A DNA stretch of 64,000 nt from a candidate division BRC1 bacterium ADurb.Bin183 (GCA_002070185.1 MWCT01000007.1:735-64734), one strand, 5' to 3'. Numbered from the stretch's first letter, positions 46,349 to 56,553 are shown. Numbers and translations: made by a program. The notes: generated by a model not told the origin, from the sequence alone.

Positions 46349-48055
46349 ATGGTGAAAGTTCTGCATATCACATATCGCTTTGGCGGCGACATCATCGGAG
46401 GCGCGGAGAACTATCTCTGGAATCTCTCCCGCCAGCTTGCCAGCCGAGGCGTGGATGTGACCATCGCCGCAACCACTGCCCGCGATTTTCATCTCCCCAC
46501 GCGCTGGAATGTTTTTTACAAGGAAGGATATAAAGCGGGGGAGGAGGTTTCCGATGGGCTGCGAATTCTGAGATTCCCCTTTTTTGCGACTCCTAAATGG
46601 CTTGCGGGTTTTTATGGACGGTCGCTGCAACGCCAGTTTGACGCCGAGGAATGGACTTATCCGCCGCCGCCCGTTCAATCGGAAAGCGGCGGCATTCTTT
46701 TGCGGGGATGGTATTTTGAAGAGCCTGCGGGAAGGCAATCCATCCGCTGGACTCAAAAAACTGCTGAAATTCTTATCAGGGGCGAGCACATTTGGGAGAT
46801 AGGTTTCAGCGCTCTTTGCCCTTGGAAAAATTCCGGCGAGGTGTTCATCAATGGAGAAAAGGCGGGCGAGTTTCTACCGAACAGCAAATTCCAGTATTTC
46901 GCATTCAAACCGCTTTCGCCTCAAAATGAGTTGTTCATTCAAATACGCCTAAAAAAGACAAAACGTCCATGGCGCGATTTGCGCTCTCTCGGCATGATGG
47001 TCGGAAGCATCGCCTATAAGCAAGGCGACGACTCTGTTGATCTTCCCCTTCATCAGCATTATTCCTCATATCTTTACCCCCGCAAAAATGAACTTTTCGG
47101 CTGGCTCGAAACCCGCGCCAAGGCTCGACCGGTTCCGTATAACGCCCTTTTTGACAAGGCGCGCGGTCCGGTTTCAAAACCGCTTATGAAATATATCTAT
47201 GACCGCGCCGGCGAATATGATTTGATTCTTGGGCATGATTTCCCAAACTGGACGCTGGGAGCAGCAATCATGGCGGGTAAGCGCGCGGGCATTGCCACGG
47301 CGGCGCTTCCCCTTGCCCATCTTGAGGATGATTATTACCACTGGCGGCATTATTACGAAGCCCTTGCCGCCGCTGATTTGACTTTTAGCCTCTCCGATTA
47401 TTCGCGCGATGTCTTCCGCGCGCGCTGGGGCGCCAATGCCCACACGCTCGGAGGCGGAATCAATCTGGACGAATTTCAAACGGCGCAATTTCACGGCGGC
47501 GCCTTCCGTAAAAAACACGGACTTGAAAATATCCCCATGGTGCTTTTTATCGGGCGCAAGTCATATCCCAAACGATACGATTCGCTCATCCGCGCCATGC
47601 GGATTGTGAATCAAAGCCGACCGGCGCGTCTGGTGATGATTGGACCGGATGAAAACCGCCAGCCGATTGAACCGGCGGATGCCCTTTATCTCGGTTCGGA
47701 AAATCGGCAAGGGATTCTTGACGCCCTTGATGCCTGCGATATTTTTGCCATGCTTTCAGGCTCGGAAAGTTTTGGAATGGTTTTTACGGAGGCATGGATG
47801 CGGCGCAAACCTGTTATCGGTTATAGGTATTGCGGAGCGGTGGCGTCGCTGATTACGGACGGCGAGGACGGTTATTTGTGCGACAGCGACGAGGATGTGG
47901 CAAGGAGGATTCTGGAGCTGCTCGACCATCCAGACCTGCGCCAGCGGATGGGCGCGGCAGGCGAACAAAAAACCCTTGCCCGCTATACGTGGGACATCAT
48001 CGGCGCCAAAGCCCTTGCCCATTATCAAGAAGCCATTGCCCAAAAATCACAATAG
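46349..48055 (+). CDS. Glycosyltransferase family 1 with large internal inserted domain
   Basis: N-terminal VKVLHITYRFGGDIIGGAENY and C-terminal ..GSESFGMVFTEAWMRRKPVIGYRYCGAVASLITDGEDGYL.. GT1 halves. They are separated by roughly 250 aa with no GT motif. Confidence 0.7.
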   Translation: MVKVLHITYRFGGDIIGGAENYLWNLSRQLASRGVDVTIAATTARDFHLPTRWNVFYKEGYKAGEEVSDGLRILRFPFFATPKWLAGFYGRSLQRQFDAEEWTYPPPPVQSESGGILLRGWYFEEPAGRQSIRWTQKTAEILIRGEHIWEIGFSALCPWKNSGEVFINGEKAGEFLPNSKFQYFAFKPLSPQNELFIQIRLKKTKRPWRDLRSLGMMVGSIAYKQGDDSVDLPLHQHYSSYLYPRKNELFGWLETRAKARPVPYNALFDKARGPVSKPLMKYIYDRAGEYDLILGHDFPNWTLGAAIMAGKRAGIATAALPLAHLEDDYYHWRHYYEALAAADLTFSLSDYSRDVFRARWGANAHTLGGGINLDEFQTAQFHGGAFRKKHGLENIPMVLFIGRKSYPKRYDSLIRAMRIVNQSRPARLVMIGPDENRQPIEPADALYLGSENRQGILDALDACDIFAMLSGSESFGMVFTEAWMRRKPVIGYRYCGAVASLITDGEDGYLCDSDEDVARRILELLDHPDLRQRMGAAGEQKTLARYTWDIIGAKALAHYQEAIAQKSQ

Positions 48056-48056
48056 A

Positions 48057-48644
48057 TTAAAGACGGGCGAGGTCTTCCGGCGTGTCCAAATCCGCCAGAA
48101 CGCCCTCATCTTCTGTTGGAACTTCCCTAATCAAATAGGCATGCCCGCGCAAAATTTCTCTCATGCCGCCCGCTTTTTCCGGCGGAAACGAAAGTATCTC
48201 TGAAAATAACCCGCCGGGAATAATGATGGGATGTCCGCGTTTTTTTTTGTAAGTGGGAATGATTATTTTCCCCGGCGACTCGGCGCGCGCCTTGAGCAGA
48301 ATGCGATAAGTTTCGCGGTCCACTAACGGGTGATCTGCCAAGCAAACAATGGCGTCGCAATTCTTTTCCGCAATTTGATTCAGCGCCAGTTGAAGCGAAT
48401 AAATCTGTCCCAGTTCTTGACGGCTATTTGGAATTAATTGCAGCCGGGAAAGGCGCAGATTTTTTATCAAATCTTCATGTGATGTATTATACACAACCCC
48501 GCCCCATAAGTTAACCCCCGCCTCTCTGAGGTCGTTTGCAATTTTTTCCAAAAAGGTCGCGCCGCCGATGGGAAGATACGGTTTGGGTTTTTTCATGCGC
48601 CGAGATTCGCCAGCGGCAAGGATTATGGGAACAAGGAATTTCAT
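48057..48644 (-). CDS. MobA-like NTP transferase domain protein (nucleotidyltransferase)
   Basis: LVPIILAAGESRRMKKPKPYLPIGG and C-terminal ..LADLDTPEDLARL resemble the MobA/MocA family. Confidence 0.65.
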   Translation of the reverse strand: MKFLVPIILAAGESRRMKKPKPYLPIGGATFLEKIANDLREAGVNLWGGVVYNTSHEDLIKNLRLSRLQLIPNSRQELGQIYSLQLALNQIAEKNCDAIVCLADHPLVDRETYRILLKARAESPGKIIIPTYKKKRGHPIIIPGGLFSEILSFPPEKAGGMREILRGHAYLIREVPTEDEGVLADLDTPEDLARL

Positions 48645-48649
48645 AAAGT

Positions 48650-50926
48650 CTAATACTGCGGAAGCGGAGCAGACTGAATTTCCACGCGGTCTATCATGAG
48701 CGCGCCGTTATACTGGTCGGTAGAACTGAAGTTTATCAGGTCAAAGGCATACCGCACGCCGTCTGGAACCGCGCTCGGCGGCATAACAAAATAAATCTCA
48801 TAAACCGTCCAGTTGTTTGGAATTGGAGAGGAATCGCCGTTTAAGTTCGAATCAATAGAAAGCTCGTAATGAGTCTGGTTGACTATAGAATTGACCCGAA
48901 TGCGCAGGAGCGGAACCTTTGAGCGATCCGCAACATCGGTCGAGGCAAAAAACCGCGCGCGGTAAAGCCGCTCCGACGCCATCGGCTCAATCGGGCTTTC
49001 CCACCAGCCGTAACAATAAGAACTGACGCTGCGGATGCCTATCCATGAATCGCCCGCGATGGATTGCGCCGGATGGAAAACGGAGGGTATGGTGTAATAA
49101 CTCCACCCTTCCGCGCCGCTTTGGAAATCGTAGGTTTTTTCTGCAGTGAAGGAGGCGTCAATGCTATCCAATTTTAACCATTCCACGGCGATATCTTTAA
49201 GGAAGATGATGCCGGTGGTTTGCTCATCGCGGGAGAGGCTGACCAAATCAAAAGCGGTGAGGAGACCGCCCGCCTTATCCGCCTTGTTTTTGCTGCCCTG
49301 AATGGGACGATAAAATAATTGATAAGTCGTCCCTGACGGCGTGGGCGAGGCGTCGCCCGCACCGCCTGAATTAATCAGCAGAGTATATCCCAATTGAAAG
49401 TCATCCTCGTTCAACCGCAGCCGAATGCCCGGAACAAGACTCTGTTTTTTGACGCTTGTGGAAACGTTCCATGTCGCGCGATAAAGATAATTTTCAAAAA
49501 TGCGCAAGGGTTGTCCGGCGTTGTCCCAGTAACCGTAGGTGTTGGCATCCTGCGATTCCAAAGCGAGCGCGCCATTTTGCGCTGCGGCGATAGGCGGCGT
49601 GAAAACGGCAGGAATGCTTGTGAAAACCCAGCCATCGTCGCCGTTTTCAAATGTGAATTCGTAGCGGGTCTTATATTCATCCGCGCCGACATCCGGCGCT
49701 CCATCAAAGCGCAACGCCCCCGAAAAATCGGTTGTAATATCCTGCACAAGAAATCCGGCGTTGATGCATGGCGAGCCTGGAAGGGGTGCAAAAATGTTAT
49801 TGCCGGGGTCTGCAAAAAGAGGATTTGCCGCAAAATTGCCCTCCACCGGCGCGCCGGCGTTATTGATGTGCGCAAAATCCGCAGTCGTCTGGCTGACAGT
49901 TGTTCCGCCGTCCAGATAGTTCCCGCGTTTGTTGTCAAAAAGACAGTTGTGGCGCAGTATCGGTTCGCTGTTTTTAAAAACTTCTTGAACGCCGTAATTA
50001 TCATTTTTATAGGAGATATTATTTACGATTTCAGGCGATGAATTTTGCAGTCCGATGCCGTTGCCGTTCCGATAAACGGCGTTGTGGATGATGCGGGGCG
50101 ATGAATATTCGCGGCAGAAAATCCCGCCCGCGACATTAAATGCGATATGGTTGTTGGCTATCAGCGGCGCGCTGGCGTAGCATGTGATGCCATATTGGTT
50201 ATTGCGCAGAATATCATTTGAGGTGATGCTTCCGCCGGCAACCGATGAAAGATTCACCGCGGAAAGAGAATTTAGTTTGAGAGTATTGCCGTGAATCACG
50301 GGAGCGCCGCGTTGTGCGGAAATGGCGTTGCCGGTATTAGAAAAAATGGTATTAAAGGAAATTAACGGCGAACCTGCATTGTAAAGGAAGATGCCCTCCT
50401 TGCCGCCGTTGATGGTATTGCCTTCAATAAGAGGCGAGGCTTCCGCGCCGGTTGCCTGAATGCCGCATGTCTGCGCGCCCTCTATGGCGCATTGAACGAT
50501 GGCAGGGGAGCAATCCTCGCAAAGAACGCCCGTATCGCCGCCCTTTAGGTTAAGCCCGTCCACACGGCACCCCGTTGCTGCAGCAATGATGGGAGCTAAG
50601 GTGTTGGGATCGGCGGGTGTGATGGTCGTTTTGTAAAAACTCAAATTCCGCGTCCAACCGCCCGTTTCATATCCGCCGTAAAGCTCCACATAAGCGCGGA
50701 GCGTAATCGTTTCTTTATAAGTTCCCAGACCGATTCGAATCCGCGCCGGGTCTCCGGCTGCGGGGAGACAATCTTGAACGGCTTTACCTATTGTGCGCCA
50801 AGGTTTTGCCTTTGTTCCTTCGCCTGCAGCATCGTTTCCGCTTATAGAAACATAATAATCGGCGGCAAAGGAAGGCAGGGTAAAAGAGGTTAAAATCAAA
50901 ATCAAAAATCTCATAGATTTTTTCAT
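48650..50926 (-). CDS. Large secreted right-handed parallel beta-helix (PbH1) repeat protein with duplicated C-terminal domains
   Basis: Signal peptide. Repeated ..HGNTLKLNS..NNHIAFNVAGGIFC..HNAVYRNGNGIGL.. PbH1 units. Two homologous ~150-aa C-terminal modules (..FTFENGDDGWVFTSIPAVF.. and ..YDFQSGAEGWSYYTIPSVF..). Confidence 0.7.
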   Translation of the reverse strand: MKKSMRFLILILTSFTLPSFAADYYVSISGNDAAGEGTKAKPWRTIGKAVQDCLPAAGDPARIRIGLGTYKETITLRAYVELYGGYETGGWTRNLSFYKTTITPADPNTLAPIIAAATGCRVDGLNLKGGDTGVLCEDCSPAIVQCAIEGAQTCGIQATGAEASPLIEGNTINGGKEGIFLYNAGSPLISFNTIFSNTGNAISAQRGAPVIHGNTLKLNSLSAVNLSSVAGGSITSNDILRNNQYGITCYASAPLIANNHIAFNVAGGIFCREYSSPRIIHNAVYRNGNGIGLQNSSPEIVNNISYKNDNYGVQEVFKNSEPILRHNCLFDNKRGNYLDGGTTVSQTTADFAHINNAGAPVEGNFAANPLFADPGNNIFAPLPGSPCINAGFLVQDITTDFSGALRFDGAPDVGADEYKTRYEFTFENGDDGWVFTSIPAVFTPPIAAAQNGALALESQDANTYGYWDNAGQPLRIFENYLYRATWNVSTSVKKQSLVPGIRLRLNEDDFQLGYTLLINSGGAGDASPTPSGTTYQLFYRPIQGSKNKADKAGGLLTAFDLVSLSRDEQTTGIIFLKDIAVEWLKLDSIDASFTAEKTYDFQSGAEGWSYYTIPSVFHPAQSIAGDSWIGIRSVSSYCYGWWESPIEPMASERLYRARFFASTDVADRSKVPLLRIRVNSIVNQTHYELSIDSNLNGDSSPIPNNWTVYEIYFVMPPSAVPDGVRYAFDLINFSSTDQYNGALMIDRVEIQSAPLPQY

Positions 50927-52095
50927 GAGCGTTGCATTTCCTTTTTCATTTGGTTTAAAAGCTCCGGTTCCATAAAAACATCCAGCGCCGTAAGCGCGAG
51001 CGTTTTTGCCGCAAGGAGCATCCCTTCATCGCCCGCCGGACTGGCTGCGCACTCGCGGAACTCGTCGGTATGAATGGGCACATCTGAGGATGATATTTTG
51101 ATATTGGGATGAATGCACGGCAGCACATGGGAAATATTGCCGATGTCAACGGAACCCTGTCCTTTTTCGCGTGCCTCATCCGCAACGCCGCCAAGGGCGC
51201 GGAAATTCTTTTCAAAAAGACGGCTCAGTGTTGGATTGGGGCGAATCTCTTTATAAGGATGACCGATAGGGCGAATATCCACCGTCGCGCCAGTGGCAAG
51301 GGCTGCCCCTCGCGCGCAATTTTCCACGCGTCGAATGACCTCTTGCAATTCATCATAGTTTTTCCCGCGGCACGAAAAAAGTCCAACAGCGCGATCCGGC
51401 ACGACATTGGGGCGCTCCCCGCCGTAAGTGATGACACCGGGAGTGCGTACGCTTGGATGTTGCTGCTTGCGCATCTGATCCACTGAAATAAACATCTGAA
51501 TCAGGGCATCAAGGGCGTTTATCCCCTGCCATGGCATTGCCGCCGCGTGAGACGCCCTGCCGTGAAATTCAAATTCCATCAGCTGCATCGCCAAAGAATG
51601 CGTGTGCAGACGAGTTTCATTGCTCGGGTGAACCATCATGGCAATGTCCACGTCCGCAAAAACCCCGTTTTGAAGGAGCGTGACCTTCCCGCCAAAGGAT
51701 TCCTCTCCGGGCGTTCCGATGACTAGCGTTTCGCCGGGAAGCTCTTTCATAAAAGGCTGAAGCGCGATGCCCGCAAAGGTTGATGCCGTTCCGATTATAT
51801 TATGTCCGCATGCATGACCCAACAAACCGAGCGAGTCATACTCGGCAAGAAAAGCGATTCGTGGTCCGGCGGATGCGCCCTTTGCGCGCGCCTTAAAAGC
51901 AGTCGCAAGATTCCCGACCGGCTTTTCAATGGCAAAACCATGCCGTGCAAGAATTTCCGTCAGACGCTCGGAAGCCTTGAATTCTTCCAATCCCGGCTCT
52001 GGGTTAGCGTGTATGAAATGGCTGGTTTCGATAGCTTCCTGTTTCATCGAATCCAGTCGTTCAATAACTTTGTCTCGCAGACTTTTATTAACCAT
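50923..52095 (-). CDS. M20D-family amidohydrolase (aminoacylase/hippurate-hydrolase-like)
   Basis: ..FIHANPEPGLEEFKASE...GHACGHNIIG...HGRASHAA.. M20D motifs. Confidence 0.75.
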   Translation of the reverse strand: MVNKSLRDKVIERLDSMKQEAIETSHFIHANPEPGLEEFKASERLTEILARHGFAIEKPVGNLATAFKARAKGASAGPRIAFLAEYDSLGLLGHACGHNIIGTASTFAGIALQPFMKELPGETLVIGTPGEESFGGKVTLLQNGVFADVDIAMMVHPSNETRLHTHSLAMQLMEFEFHGRASHAAAMPWQGINALDALIQMFISVDQMRKQQHPSVRTPGVITYGGERPNVVPDRAVGLFSCRGKNYDELQEVIRRVENCARGAALATGATVDIRPIGHPYKEIRPNPTLSRLFEKNFRALGGVADEAREKGQGSVDIGNISHVLPCIHPNIKISSSDVPIHTDEFRECAASPAGDEGMLLAAKTLALTALDVFMEPELLNQMKKEMQRS

Positions 52096-52338
52096 AAAAC
52101 CCGTTTATTTCTTAATAGCCGCTCTCGATAAAACTGCTCTTTTGATATAATCCGCCGCGCCCGCCTGTCAAAGAATTTCGCCTTATGGTAAAATTTCATC
52201 CCAAAAACGGACAAAAATCATCAAATTATTTAGAAGAATTTCTTGACAGGGAATAAGATGGCGCAATAGGAACACATTTTGTAATTGATTTATAACGAGA
52301 ACCGGCATCGGAATAAAATCAATTAAACCTGCAAGTGA

Positions 52339-52413
52339 GGCGACGTAGCCAAGTGGTAAGGCGGAGGTCTGCAAAACCTCTATGCAGCGGTTCAAATCCG
52401 CTCGTCGCCTCCA
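52339..52413 (+). tRNA. tRNA-Cys (GCA)
   Basis: GGCGACGTAGCCAAGTGGTAAGGCGGAGGT-CTGCAAA-ACCTC...CGTCGCCTCCA cloverleaf with anticodon GCA. CCA is encoded. Confidence 0.85.
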
Positions 52414-52423
52414 ATTTTTTTGT

Positions 52424-52508
52424 GCCGGAGTGGTGGAATTGGCAGACACAAGGGACTTAAAATCCCTCGGGGCATAGCTTCGTACCGGTTCGATTCCGGT
52501 CTCCGGCA
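52424..52508 (+). tRNA. tRNA-Leu (UAA), long variable arm
   Basis: GCCGGAGTGGTGGAATTGGCAGACACAAGGGA-CTTAAAA-TCCCT + long variable arm + ACCGGTTCGATTCCGGTCTCCGGCA. No encoded CCA. Confidence 0.85.
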
Positions 52509-52542
52509 TTCTTCTCCTCAATCAAATCAGGAGCGCCCTTAG

Positions 52543-53448
52543 ATGTCCAATATCCGACTTAACGCCTTCATTTTGTTTCTCATATTTATTCAAATCTTAA
52601 TGATTCAAGGCGGCGCTCTTGCGGCTGATATACATGCCACCGGCTGGATGCTCCGCGATGTAACCCCAACCTCTACCCCCACGCCCACGCCCACGCCGAA
52701 GCCTTTTGGCGTATATGTGCAGGCGGTTATTGATGAACTTGAAATCCGAAAAGCCAATGATGTCTCCGGTTATCTTATGAAAGACCTTTGGAACAAATAT
52801 ACCGGCGTGACGCAGACTCTTTGGTATAAAGGCACATCCTATATGTGGAACAACTGCGCCAAAGGCGAATGGGTCACTATCGGCGGCGTTCCATATCAAC
52901 CTTACGGATGTTCTTATTGCTCCGGTCTCACGCTTGAAATCTGGCATCGGGCGATGGAAAAACGCGACGCCGACCGAGGCATCGCCAAAGCCAAGGAAAA
53001 CTGGAACGGTCTCGGCACAAAAGGCATTTTCATTGTCAAAAAATTGTGGAATGTTATTAAAATTTCATACAAAGACACAGGGCAGGTTGTCACAAACAAC
53101 CCATCGCCCGCCACCGCCCTTGAAATGTCCGGTATCGGCAAGATTATTACCTATGGAGATTCCGCCAAATTTGAAAACGTCAAACCTTATGATTTTTGCG
53201 ATATCTCCCGAACAGGCAGCGGGCATTCCATCGTTTTTATCAACTGGATTCGAGACTCGTCGGACAATCATATTAAAGGTTTCCGCTATTATTCATCACA
53301 GAGCAGCACATCAGGACAAGGCTACAATACGGAATATTTTTCAGGCGAGGGCGGTTCTGTTATAAAATCCTATTTTCATGCCGGGCGGGTCTATGATGAT
53401 CCGAGCCAATGGACAGCCAATATTATACGAGAAGCCGACTTTCAATAA
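52543..53448 (+). CDS. Secreted protein with (TP)n linker and possible Cys/His (CHAP/NlpC-like) hydrolase core
   Basis: Signal peptide and TPTSTPTPTPTPKP linker. Candidate catalytic ..PYGCSYCSGLTLEIW.. Cys and ..GSGHSIVFINW.. His. Assignment tentative. Confidence 0.45.
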   Translation: MSNIRLNAFILFLIFIQILMIQGGALAADIHATGWMLRDVTPTSTPTPTPTPKPFGVYVQAVIDELEIRKANDVSGYLMKDLWNKYTGVTQTLWYKGTSYMWNNCAKGEWVTIGGVPYQPYGCSYCSGLTLEIWHRAMEKRDADRGIAKAKENWNGLGTKGIFIVKKLWNVIKISYKDTGQVVTNNPSPATALEMSGIGKIITYGDSAKFENVKPYDFCDISRTGSGHSIVFINWIRDSSDNHIKGFRYYSSQSSTSGQGYNTEYFSGEGGSVIKSYFHAGRVYDDPSQWTANIIREADFQ

Positions 53449-53451
53449 AAC

Positions 53452-55113
53452 TCAAGATTTCTCAGCGGCAGGGATTGCATAAACCGTCCATAATTTATTC
53501 GAATAAACACGCTTCCATTTTGGACGGCGCACCATCGCATCAAAATATTCCGCAGAACGCATGCCAATCACAATCAAATCAATTCCATATTTTTTTATAA
53601 ACAAATCAACATCCGCGCCCTGAAAAAAACGTTCCATCATCGCGCTCTTTTCATCGTTGAAAGGCGTTGCGTATAACTGCCCCAATATAGAGGCGTGAGG
53701 CGTGAACGCCGGAATCTGATCCCCCAATTTTCGCTCCGGACAAAAAACCGTCCGCTGCACTTTGAGCGTGTTTAAATAATCAAACAGCTGCCTTGACTCA
53801 TTGGGGATCATCAACACCATCGGATGCGGCGTCTCGTTGAGTCTTTCCGCCACAAAAAGGATGTTGTCCGGGATGAATAGAAGGATTAAAAAAGTGGAAA
53901 CATAAATGAGCCGCGATTTTTCCTTTGCCGCAAAAGACTTCCAAATTGGGTAGAACCCGCAGGCGGCGATAAGCGTCAGAATGGAAAATAAATAACCCCT
54001 CGTAAAATGCGGCGGTTGCAGACTGCGTCCAGCAGGCAGCCATTTGTCGTTCAAGACCAGAGCCGCCACTACAATCAGCCAAACAAACATCAACCGCCCT
54101 GCTTCGCGCCCCAAAAGATTTTGCCTGATGTCCTTTTTCAATAATGCAAAAAACGCGGCAAATAACATCAAACCATACGCCGCCAGATATTCTCTCATCG
54201 GAATGATGTCGTGGATATTGACTCTGTGTTGCTCCGCGAGATTTTTAGAAATGGGGAATCGAGGAAGAAATACGCCATAATAATTGGCAAACAGCGCAAA
54301 AACAATTAAAGTTCCCGCAAAACTTTTCAGCGATGTCCTGCTTTTTAGGCGCGCCATTTCCCAGAGATAATAGACAATTAAAATCCCCGAAATCTCAATC
54401 CCCACAAAAACGCCGCTTGCGCAGGCGAGAATCTGCCCGACAAGCGCAAGCCGAAAGTCCTTTTTCAATACCCCCCAAATGGCAAGGAAGAAAAAGGCAT
54501 GATACATCAACTCCAACGGATAATAAATATTTCTGAATAAATTAAGAAACCACCAGTGATACACCCCCTCCACTTTTTGAAATATGGCAAGGAACGACGA
54601 GTCTTTTGACCCAATAAAACGCGCAAGAGTTGCGAGCCACGCAATGCCGCCTCCAAAGGCGAGGATGACAAAGACCAAGTTGACATAAAAGCCAAAGCGC
54701 CCCTCCTTTTGCTCATCGGGAAAGTATGATTGAAACAGTTCCCAAATTGTCAGATATAATATAAAAAGGAAAGCAGCGCCGAAAAGAAGACGGATAATTT
54801 CCCAAGAGATGACAATGCTGCCGGTGATTTTCCAAAGCCACGCCAGCAGCGTGAACGGTATCTGGAAATTCACCGCCGCATTTTCATCCGATGGCGCGGC
54901 ATAAGGATAGGAATAGGCAACGCCGTTGCCGCGTTCAAAAACTGAGCGGGATAGCGCGGTGTAAGTGATTTGATCTGATTGCAAAAATCCCGTGAACCAA
55001 AACCCTTCCGGCGCATTTTTTTGCCAGTAAACATTTGTTATAATTGGAATAGATAAACATAGAGCAACAACCAGAAAGAAAACAACCCAGTATTTATGCC
55101 ATTTAAGAATCAC
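53452..55113 (-). CDS. Large polytopic membrane protein (possible GT-C/YfhO-like glycosyltransferase)
   Basis: 553 aa with at least 12 predicted TM helices and a periplasmic-type C-terminal domain. No definitive motif. Context is next to glf-like. Confidence 0.4.
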   Translation of the reverse strand: MILKWHKYWVVFFLVVALCLSIPIITNVYWQKNAPEGFWFTGFLQSDQITYTALSRSVFERGNGVAYSYPYAAPSDENAAVNFQIPFTLLAWLWKITGSIVISWEIIRLLFGAAFLFILYLTIWELFQSYFPDEQKEGRFGFYVNLVFVILAFGGGIAWLATLARFIGSKDSSFLAIFQKVEGVYHWWFLNLFRNIYYPLELMYHAFFFLAIWGVLKKDFRLALVGQILACASGVFVGIEISGILIVYYLWEMARLKSRTSLKSFAGTLIVFALFANYYGVFLPRFPISKNLAEQHRVNIHDIIPMREYLAAYGLMLFAAFFALLKKDIRQNLLGREAGRLMFVWLIVVAALVLNDKWLPAGRSLQPPHFTRGYLFSILTLIAACGFYPIWKSFAAKEKSRLIYVSTFLILLFIPDNILFVAERLNETPHPMVLMIPNESRQLFDYLNTLKVQRTVFCPERKLGDQIPAFTPHASILGQLYATPFNDEKSAMMERFFQGADVDLFIKKYGIDLIVIGMRSAEYFDAMVRRPKWKRVYSNKLWTVYAIPAAEKS

Positions 55114-55128
55114 GTAATAAATCGTCTT

Positions 55129-56553
55129 TTATTTGTGTTTCTTAATTATATACTCATGTATGGCACGGGCGGCGCGGCGGCCCGCCCCCATTGCCTCGAT
55201 AACGGTTGCCGAGCCTGTGACAATATCGCCCCCAGCCCAAACCCCCGGCTTATCGGTGCGCCCGGTTTCGGGCTCAATGATAATATATCCGCTCTTATTG
55301 ATGGGAAGGTCGGGCGTGGCGGAGGATAGGAGGGGATTGGCGCCCGTTCCGATTGCCATGATAACAATGTCCATCGGCATTGTGAATTCGGAGCCTTTAA
55401 CGGGGACGGGGCTTCGGCGTCCGGATTCATCGGGCTCGCCCAATTCCATCTTGATACACTCGATAGCGCGCACCCATTTCCCTGTTTCGTTCTCTTTGAC
55501 CTCGCCCAGAATGCGCACGGGATTGACAAGAAAATGAAATATGATACCCTCTTCTTCAGCGTTTTCCACCTCTTCGATGCGGGCGGGCATTTCGGCGCGG
55601 GAACGGCGATAAATCAGATGCACCGCATCTGCTCCGAGCCGCAACGCTGTGCGGGCGGCGTCCATCGCCACATTCCCGCCGCCCACCACTGCGACCTTTT
55701 TCCCGTTTTTGAGAGGCGTTTTATATTCAGGAAAAAGATACGCCTTCATCAGATTGGAGCGCGTAAGGTATTCATTGGCGGAATAAACGCCGTTCAGGTT
55801 TTCGCCCGGGATGCCCATAAATTTCGGCAACCCAGCTCCTGTTGCAACGTAAACTGCGTCAAAACCTTCTTTGAATAAATCATCAATGGTCAGGATGCGC
55901 CCGATGACATAATCGGTGCGAATCTCCACGCCGAGCGATTTGATAAATTCAATCTCGCGTTCGACTATCGCCTTAGGCAAGCGGAATTCAGGAATGCCAT
56001 ACACAAGAACGCCGCCAGGTTTGTGCAAAGCCTCAAAGATAACAACGCGATGCCCCAGCCTTGCCAAATCTCCCGCAAGCGTCAGCCCGGAAGGACCGGA
56101 GCCCACCACCGCCACCCGCCCAGTTTTTGCATTGCTCCTCTTTTCTGCTGATGGCTGATGACTGGGATGGTTCATCGCTTCCCAATCGGCGGCAAAACGT
56201 TCCAGACGCCCGATAGCCACCGGTTCGCCCTTTTTTCCGAGCACGCAAACTTTTTCGCATTGGTCTTCTTGCGGACAAACGCGTCCGCAGACGGCGGGCA
56301 GGGAGTTTTTTTCTTTCAAGATGCGCGCCGCTTCCGCATAATCGCGCTCGGATATTTTTTTTATGAAATCTGGAATTGCAATTTCAACAGGGCAGCCGCC
56401 CACGCAGGGGCGGGTTTTGCATTGCAAGCAGCGCGAAGCCTCAAGGAGCGCCTGCTCCTCAGAATAACCGAGCGCCACCTCTTTGAAATTGGCAGCCCGC
56501 ACCTTTGGCGGCTGCCTCGGCATATCTTGCCGGGGAGGAATTTCTTTTGCCAT
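55129..56553 (-). CDS. nfnB: NADH-dependent reduced ferredoxin:NADP oxidoreductase subunit B (GltD-like)
   Basis: Two Cys clusters at N-terminus (..CLQCKTRPCVGGCPV.., ..CGRVCPQEDQCEKVC..). ..RVAVVGSGPSGLTLAGDL.. FAD motif and a second NAD(P) Rossmann. 474 aa. Confidence 0.75.
   Translation of the reverse strand: MAKEIPPRQDMPRQPPKVRAANFKEVALGYSEEQALLEASRCLQCKTRPCVGGCPVEIAIPDFIKKISERDYAEAARILKEKNSLPAVCGRVCPQEDQCEKVCVLGKKGEPVAIGRLERFAADWEAMNHPSHQPSAEKRSNAKTGRVAVVGSGPSGLTLAGDLARLGHRVVIFEALHKPGGVLVYGIPEFRLPKAIVEREIEFIKSLGVEIRTDYVIGRILTIDDLFKEGFDAVYVATGAGLPKFMGIPGENLNGVYSANEYLTRSNLMKAYLFPEYKTPLKNGKKVAVVGGGNVAMDAARTALRLGADAVHLIYRRSRAEMPARIEEVENAEEEGIIFHFLVNPVRILGEVKENETGKWVRAIECIKMELGEPDESGRRSPVPVKGSEFTMPMDIVIMAIGTGANPLLSSATPDLPINKSGYIIIEPETGRTDKPGVWAGGDIVTGSATVIEAMGAGRRAARAIHEYIIKKHK

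Noticed and set aside
52243-52271. TTGACA ... ATAGGA putative promoter upstream of tRNA-Cys
   Set aside because: The -10 element is poor. Not reported as a feature.
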